Positions 33,088 to 37,889 of a stretch of 37,889 nucleotides of DNA are shown here, one piece after another. Positions within the stretch are counted from its first letter, which is position 1. Each line of letters begins with the position of its first letter. The notes beneath the pieces are model-generated. The model made no database searches. It was given only the letters and a program-made list of their open reading frames with translations, and was not told the origin of the DNA. The stretch comes from a virus (lineage: Duplodnaviria > Caudoviricetes). The stretch spans positions 1 through 37,889 of the IMG/VR virus record IMGVR_UViG_3300009068_000085; one strand, 5' to 3'. Both the position numbers and the translations under genes were made by a program.

Positions 33088-34923
33088 TTAACACATCCCG
33101 CCACGTTTCATTTTGACTTGGAACGCCTTGGTTCTGCCACGTTGAGCACAACCATCAGCGTTCTTTACAAACCCGCCTGAAGCCATTTTAACCACCTTTG
33201 CTTGGGTTTTGCCTTTTTTGGCAGCGCCATCTGCTGCGCGGGTATAACCGCCTGAAGCCATCTTTTTCACTTGACCGCCTCTTTTAGCACCACCAACACC
33301 GCCACCAAATCCACCACTATCGCCATCAATGTCATAATCTTCTTGCGGCAACGAAGTCCGTTGACCGCCTCTTTCAGCACCACCAAAACCGCCACCATCG
33401 CCGCCACGAAATGGATTAATTTTTTGGTTTTTCATTTCTTCCAATTCAGGCTGTTGCGGAGCTAAACTTTTTTTTGCTGCCGCATCTTTTGCTCTCTTTG
33501 CAGCATTTTCTTTTGCCATAGCTTGCGTATAAGACATGCCACGCTTTGCTTTGTAATCAACAAGCTGTTGTTGCAACTCTTGTTGAGTATACGGTTTTCC
33601 GGTTTTATGGTTAACCGGCATGCTTGGTTTAGAAGGAACCACAGCAGGTTTTACAACTGACTTAGGTATTCCTTTAGGTGTTTCCATAACCGGCATTGGA
33701 GTTGGCTTGTGGGGATTTTGGGGAACTCCAACTGGAACATTAGGGGTCATTGGTGACCCAACGCCTCCAGTTCCACCAGTCCCACCAGTCCCACCACGGT
33801 ACGGCATGGACGCAAGTTTTTTAGCCATGAAACCCATGTCAGCTTGAGACACGGGCTGCGTGTTAGTGGGTTGATTGTTAATGGGCGGTTGAGCAACTGA
33901 CATTTCATTCATGCCACCCATAGCCATCTTTTTCACTTTGCCACCTTTAGCCATTTTTTTGCCAAACTCTCTTTCGTGAGCTTTGCTTAAGTTAAAGAAA
34001 TCTAAAGCACTACCAAGTCCTTTGCGAACCGCTGACCGCGTTTCGTCAGAAGCCAAACCAAACTTGCGGCGAGGTTTCATTTCTTCTGCCCTGCTTTCCA
34101 AATCTGGAGAATCAGAACTAAACCGGCGCTTTTCTGTTGATTCGGCTTTTGCTGGCTGATTTTGAGGTTTTGCCGTAGCTGGGGCAGTGATAACACGCGA
34201 TCTTTTTTCGCTTGTCTCTACGCCAATAGGTTTAAACGTTTGTCTACTTGAACCCGAGTTGTCGCCATAATCGGAATAGCTATCAGACCCATAATCTGCG
34301 CCATAGTTAGACCCACCTTTTTCGCGGTCTAACATTTGATCCGCAATTCGCTGAGTAAAACTAGGTTCTGCTCGCGTGGTTTCTGCTTGCGAAGTTTCTG
34401 CTGGGTTTTTTTGACCACTTATTTTTGTTACTGTTTCTGTGATTGGGGTTGAGATTAATCGAGTCTTTGTTCCTTCTTTTTTTCCAATATCACGCGAGCG
34501 GTCAATAGGCGCAGGCGTTTCTTTTTCTCCAAAATTAAAAAAGCTCTTTAAACTTTTCCAATTTTTTGCGCCTTGTTCTTTTTGTTTTGCGTATTCCTCA
34601 TCGGTCATGATTGACTCATCACCAAGAGGGCCACCGCCAGCACCGTACCGGCGCACTTTACCGCCAGCTTTCATGCCTTTCATTTCGGCTTTTTCATGTT
34701 TGATCATAGAAGCTGGAGCGCCTTTCTTTTTCATAAAGGCCACTTCCTTGCCAACCATTGCTTTGGATTCTTTCATTTCACCACCACGTTTAAATGTTTT
34801 GCCTTTGTCGGCTGCTGCGTAATCTTTGCCCACGGACTGAGGGACGCCAGCTTTCTTGGCAAATGAAGGCGAATGGGCAATCGCTTCCATAAAATTGTGC
34901 TGTTTCTTTGAGTGACTAGGCAT
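33088..34923 (-). CDS. 611-aa low-complexity basic protein punctuated by M-x-x-G-G motifs
   Basis: Long open frame in the operon with 8 or more [MFY]xxGG motifs and a duplicated MASGG...ADG.A..G.T block. Confidence 0.75.
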   Translation of the reverse strand: MPSHSKKQHNFMEAIAHSPSFAKKAGVPQSVGKDYAAADKGKTFKRGGEMKESKAMVGKEVAFMKKKGAPASMIKHEKAEMKGMKAGGKVRRYGAGGGPLGDESIMTDEEYAKQKEQGAKNWKSLKSFFNFGEKETPAPIDRSRDIGKKEGTKTRLISTPITETVTKISGQKNPAETSQAETTRAEPSFTQRIADQMLDREKGGSNYGADYGSDSYSDYGDNSGSSRQTFKPIGVETSEKRSRVITAPATAKPQNQPAKAESTEKRRFSSDSPDLESRAEEMKPRRKFGLASDETRSAVRKGLGSALDFFNLSKAHEREFGKKMAKGGKVKKMAMGGMNEMSVAQPPINNQPTNTQPVSQADMGFMAKKLASMPYRGGTGGTGGTGGVGSPMTPNVPVGVPQNPHKPTPMPVMETPKGIPKSVVKPAVVPSKPSMPVNHKTGKPYTQQELQQQLVDYKAKRGMSYTQAMAKENAAKRAKDAAAKKSLAPQQPELEEMKNQKINPFRGGDGGGFGGAERGGQRTSLPQEDYDIDGDSGGFGGGVGGAKRGGQVKKMASGGYTRAADGAAKKGKTQAKVVKMASGGFVKNADGCAQRGRTKAFQVKMKRGGMC

Positions 34924-35161
34924 GCTTCTCTACCAGTCTGTCAATCTTAGCTTCAAGACGGTCAAGCCGATCAAAGATGCGGTTGATGTCCGCGTCCAAC
35001 TGTGTCTTGGTCACATATTCTTTAGCCACTTCTTCGCGGGTTTTGTTAATCAGCACTTGAAGGCGTTTTATCTCGTCATACATGCTCTTGAGGAAGAACC
35101 CGACAATGCTGACACCTACCGAAAGAATTGCGTTCCAGATCGTGTGTTCCATATCCATCAC
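34916..35161 (-). CDS. single-TM coiled-coil protein
   Basis: IWNAILSVGVSIVGFFL then TREEVAKEYVTK...RLDRLEAKIDRL. Confidence 0.75.
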   Translation of the reverse strand: MMDMEHTIWNAILSVGVSIVGFFLKSMYDEIKRLQVLINKTREEVAKEYVTKTQLDADINRIFDRLDRLEAKIDRLVEKHA

Positions 35162-35565
35162 CCGTTAACTGCCAAGTATTCTTTCCACTCAGGGGCGTCA
35201 GCGTTTGCAAGCAGGTACTGCGCTGCAAATTCAAGCAGCAGTGGATCATCACGAAAATGACCTAGCCCCCGGTTGCAATGATTACATAACATACCACGAA
35301 CTTGCCCAGTTACGTGATCGTGATCCACAACAAGTTTTTCTTCGCTACCACAAATTACGCATTGTGTTGTGGTAGTTTTTAAGCTAATCAAATCTTCGTT
35401 AGAAATAACATCCCTGTGCCGACCGCGACAATTTTCACTTCTGTATGTTGCCCGACATGCACGGCACCAACTATCTAAGCCGTTCTTTTTTCCGTTGTGC
35501 AGCGGGAACGCTTCTGGGGTTGCGGGTTTCTCAACTTTACACCGAGTACAAGTCAGCATGCCCAT
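35158..35565 (-). CDS. endonuclease VII-family His-Me nuclease (probable free-standing homing endonuclease)
   Basis: CVICG...LVVDHDHVTGQVRGMLCNHCNRGLGHFRD; N-terminal CxxC...CxxC. Confidence 0.88.
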   Translation of the reverse strand: MGMLTCTRCKVEKPATPEAFPLHNGKKNGLDSWCRACRATYRSENCRGRHRDVISNEDLISLKTTTTQCVICGSEEKLVVDHDHVTGQVRGMLCNHCNRGLGHFRDDPLLLEFAAQYLLANADAPEWKEYLAVNG

Positions 35566-35807
35566 TTTCGCCTTGCCTTATTCAAACGGCTTTCGGGGTC
35601 CTTCGCGGCAGAAGGAAACATCTTCGCTTGGCCAGCCGATCGCGCACAGAAGCTCTTCTTTCTCCCGGCGTCTTCTTTCGTTTTTGGTTTCGGGGCGGGG
35701 GGCTTTAAGTTCATCCCTTGTGATTTTGCGGACGCACGCCCCTTCGCGTTCAGACCCCCCTTGGGGTCCTTTCCTTCTGCTCTTTGCCATGCAGGAGATT
35801 TAGCCAT
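35553..35807 (-). CDS. small basic conserved phage protein (DUF6321-like)
   Basis: GGLNAKGRAS...NLKPP...RKKSFCAR...SRLNKARRKWAC. Confidence 0.7.
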   Translation of the reverse strand: MAKSPAWQRAEGKDPKGGLNAKGRASAKSQGMNLKPPAPKPKTKEDAGRKKSFCARSAGQAKMFPSAAKDPESRLNKARRKWAC

Positions 35808-36087
35808 AAAACACCGTCACACTAGCAAGGCCAGTGATTGAAGCGTAAATGTTAGTGGCACAAAGAACACCCTCACCCGGAATTAACAAGTAAAACGAGT
35901 TGGGGTTTGAGTTAGATGGGATGTCCAACTCAAGCACGTTTGCACCACCAGAACCCCCATCACGCAGAATAAGGGTGCCAGCCGTGCTAGCTGTCGCACA
36001 GAGAGCAATCCCTTTAATACGCGCCCGTCCAGCAAACACCGAACCCGAAGAGTTCAGGTGAGTGCTTTTTACATCAGTTTGCTGCAT
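35800..36087 (-). CDS. small beta-rich virion protein
   Basis: TDVKS...GRARIKG...IPGEGVL...IYA...VTVFYG; located in the head module. Confidence 0.7.
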   Translation of the reverse strand: MQQTDVKSTHLNSSGSVFAGRARIKGIALCATASTAGTLILRDGGSGGANVLELDIPSNSNPNSFYLLIPGEGVLCATNIYASITGLASVTVFYG

Positions 36088-36105
36088 CGCAGCCCCCTAC
36101 TTAGT

Positions 36106-36630
36106 TTAAGCGGATGCAGGGAACTGATTGCCGTTCGAATTAGCTACAGTGTAGATAATCGTGTACTGAACAGTACCGGCAGTTACAGCAGCTACAGTCG
36201 GGGTCATCGTGGCAATAACCTTAACATCCGTTGGGCCAATACCAATCCCGCTAGGCGATGCAGCCGAAGTGGCACCAACCCAAGCAGCGAGTTTGGCAGC
36301 AGCGTTGCTGACAGCGGCGCGGCCTTGAGATGTAACGTCCGTTGAAGCCCAATACAGAGCAGCCGTCGTGCCGTCGCCAATACTGACGTTAGCAGCGGTC
36401 GAACCCGTAAAGGCAACCAGCGTATCAATGTGGATGAATTGGATCTGAGCGCCAGCAGGAAGAACGCAGATGGTGTCAGTAGTAGCTGAAGCTGCTTGAC
36501 CCGTATAGTCCTTTTTAAATGTCTGCGAAACAACGGTTGCACCGCAGTTTTCAATAGTGCCGACAGTCGTGCCAGTTGTGTTGCGGACAGTGCCAAGCAA
36601 CCAAGGGCCGAGGTGAGTAGCAAAACCCAT
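36106..36630 (-). CDS. putative capsid decoration/head accessory protein
   Basis: THLGP...LPAGAQI..I...AF...SIGDG jelly-roll-like pattern; first gene after the MCP. Confidence 0.65.
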   Translation of the reverse strand: MGFATHLGPWLLGTVRNTTGTTVGTIENCGATVVSQTFKKDYTGQAASATTDTICVLPAGAQIQFIHIDTLVAFTGSTAANVSIGDGTTAALYWASTDVTSQGRAAVSNAAAKLAAWVGATSAASPSGIGIGPTDVKVIATMTPTVAAVTAGTVQYTIIYTVANSNGNQFPASA

Positions 36631-36710
36631 AATAAAGTCCTCAAATCAAAACTTGCTGTCTCTTGAGGGAAGTCTGCCTAGTCAGTCAGCAAGTTGGGTA
36701 TCTAGGTTTA
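36631..36710 (-). promoter_or_regulatory. structured 5' leader (candidate cis-regulatory RNA)
   Basis: Perfect 9-bp stem AACTTGCTG/CAGCAAGTT; the loop is complementary to upstream CCTAG and to the RBS TTGAGG. Confidence 0.55.
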
Positions 36711-36713
36711 AAC

Positions 36714-36722
36714 TTTATACCA
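36714..36722 (-). promoter_or_regulatory. putative extended -10 promoter (TGGTATAAA)
   Basis: TGn-TATAAA directly after the MCP terminator. Confidence 0.45.
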
Positions 36723-36733
36723 TATGTATTTAC

Positions 36734-36768
36734 AAAAGAAAAGGGGGCTTTTTAGGCCCCCCTTTCTT
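36734..36768 (-). terminator. rho-independent terminator after the major capsid gene
   Basis: GC-rich stem GGGGGC/GCCCCC followed by TTTTCTTTT on the minus strand, immediately after the stop codon. Confidence 0.85.
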
Positions 36769-36772
36769 GCTA

Positions 36773-37684
36773 TCAGGTTGAACCTGACGAGCCGTACATA
36801 CCGAGCGGATCAGACCAGCCGAAGCTGTAACGCTCACGGGACTTATAACGGACGTTGCCCGTGTCAAAGTCGCCGTCCATGCTGTTTTGCAGCGGGGTAC
36901 GAACAAAGTGCTTCATGCCGTTAGGCACGTCAGTGGTAAGGAACCAAGCGTTTGTGTCCGTCAAGAAGTGGTTAATGGTATACCCTTCAGGGATAGAACC
37001 ATTGTTCTTCAGGGCGTTCACATCATTGTCGGTCGTGCCAACACGCAGTTCAGTTTCAAGCAAACGGGTTGCAACGAACTGGAGTGCGGGAGGAACAATC
37101 AACTTACGGGGTTTGGCTGCAATCAACAGACCACGTTCATCGGTCCAAGCTGCGATCTGAATGACTGCGTTTTCCAACGAAGTTTCATTTAGGTCAACTT
37201 GAGTCGAAGGTGTGTTGCTGTTGGTGCCACCAGAAACCAATGGATGCGCGGTGCTAAACAATGCAACTCCATCACCGCCTCTGTAAGCGGAGCTAAAGCC
37301 ATTGTTTAGAACAGCAGCAGCTTTCACCTGTTTGGTGTAAGCCATTGCGCGAGCCAAACCTTTGGTATAGCGAGCCGACAAAGAATCGTAGAGGTTATCT
37401 TCGATTGCTTCTTCGGTCAGGCTAAAGCCAAGAGCAATGGTTTCATGGTTGTAACGAGCAGTCCATGCTTCCTGTGCGTTGTCATAAGCGATGGCAGAGC
37501 CTTCGTTTTTGACTGGTGCAGCAGAGAAACCAGACAGTTTGGTTTCTTCTTCAAAAGAACGCTCAGAGGTCTCCGTTTCGTAGATCTCTTTGTGTTCCTC
37601 GCCATAGCGAGCATACTCAAGACCAAACAGAGCATTAAGCCCCGGCAGGAGTTCCTTGAGTAGTTGGGCGCGTGAAATTGCCAT
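36773..37684 (-). CDS. major capsid protein (HK97 fold, Mu gpT-like family)
   Basis: MAISRAQLLKELLPGLNALFGLEY...EEAIEDNLY...GDGVALFSTAHP...PRKLIVPP...RYKSRERYSFGWSD; AAGGAG RBS; followed by a terminator. Confidence 0.9.
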   Translation of the reverse strand: MAISRAQLLKELLPGLNALFGLEYARYGEEHKEIYETETSERSFEEETKLSGFSAAPVKNEGSAIAYDNAQEAWTARYNHETIALGFSLTEEAIEDNLYDSLSARYTKGLARAMAYTKQVKAAAVLNNGFSSAYRGGDGVALFSTAHPLVSGGTNSNTPSTQVDLNETSLENAVIQIAAWTDERGLLIAAKPRKLIVPPALQFVATRLLETELRVGTTDNDVNALKNNGSIPEGYTINHFLTDTNAWFLTTDVPNGMKHFVRTPLQNSMDGDFDTGNVRYKSRERYSFGWSDPLGMYGSSGST

Positions 37685-37697
37685 TTTAAGTTACTCC

Positions 37698-37889
37698 TTA
37701 GGCGATGCTGGTGCCAGCATAATACTGATGCTGACCAAAGTTAATCTTGACCAGAATCTCTGGGTACTGCATGAACACAATAGTTGAGTTCAAAGTAGCA
37801 ACAGGAGCTTGGTTCAAAATAAACGAGGTAGCACCGGCAGAAGCGGCGGTGTCAACAAAAGAACCCGAAGAAACATAATTGCCGTTCGA
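37698..37889 (-). CDS. 3' end of a capsid-associated protein upstream of the MCP (truncated by the window)
   Basis: Frame is open from the window edge to TAA at 37698: ...QYPEILVKINFGQHQYYAGTSIA. Confidence 0.75.
   Translation of the reverse strand, partial: SNGNYVSSGSFVDTAASAGATSFILNQAPVATLNSTIVFMQYPEILVKINFGQHQYYAGTSIA

Noticed and set aside
31655-35790. Alternative-frame - strand ORFs at 31655-31879, 32910-33104 and 35578-35790
   Set aside because: They are nested in better-supported genes and have no motifs or RBS.
36650-36695. Hammerhead ribozyme or ZTP riboswitch in the leader (CTGA...GAGAC)
   Set aside because: It lacks the CUGANGA/GAAA core and the ZTP 3' GCCUGGG element; kept only as an unassigned structured RNA.
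2668-37663. Many + strand ORFs (60-216 aa) opposite the structural genes
   Set aside because: They are antisense shadows of long - strand genes, with no recognisable motifs and composition mirroring the real frame.
1-37889. Stop-codon reassignment, tRNA genes, integrase or IS elements
   Set aside because: Genes tile densely in the standard code with TAA, TGA and TAG all used as stops; no cloverleaf, recombinase or transposase motifs were seen.

Overview
The window is part of a tailed dsDNA phage genome (Caudoviricetes), probably podovirus-like, using the standard genetic code. Positions 1-1975 hold short + strand accessory genes: a wHTH protein, DUF3310, a PD-(D/E)XK nuclease and a Ref-like HNH nuclease. 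Positions 1956-37889 are one - strand virion and lysis block. Read right to left it contains a partial capsid-associated protein, the major capsid protein, head accessory proteins, an endonuclease VII, small basic proteins, two adaptor-type proteins, tail fibres/RBP with chaperone, a metallophosphoesterase, a GH108 endolysin with holin, a nozzle/gp10-like protein, three ejection-type proteins and a 3218-aa polyvalent protein. Four signals are not explained by this annotation. (1) A [MFY]-[AKR]-x-G-G peptide motif recurs about 18 times in 7 unrelated ORFs, and one copy heads a GPGxGxSD...EFV domain. (2) [RK]-[YF]-S-[LI]-[RK] linkers separate the effector domains of the polyvalent protein. (3) GTTTAAAC occurs 18 times by eye, against about 0.6 expected, and is absent from the tail-fibre/neck segment. 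(4) A structured leader after the capsid terminator could pair with its own ribosome-binding site. All family calls come from motif recognition by eye; no searches were run.
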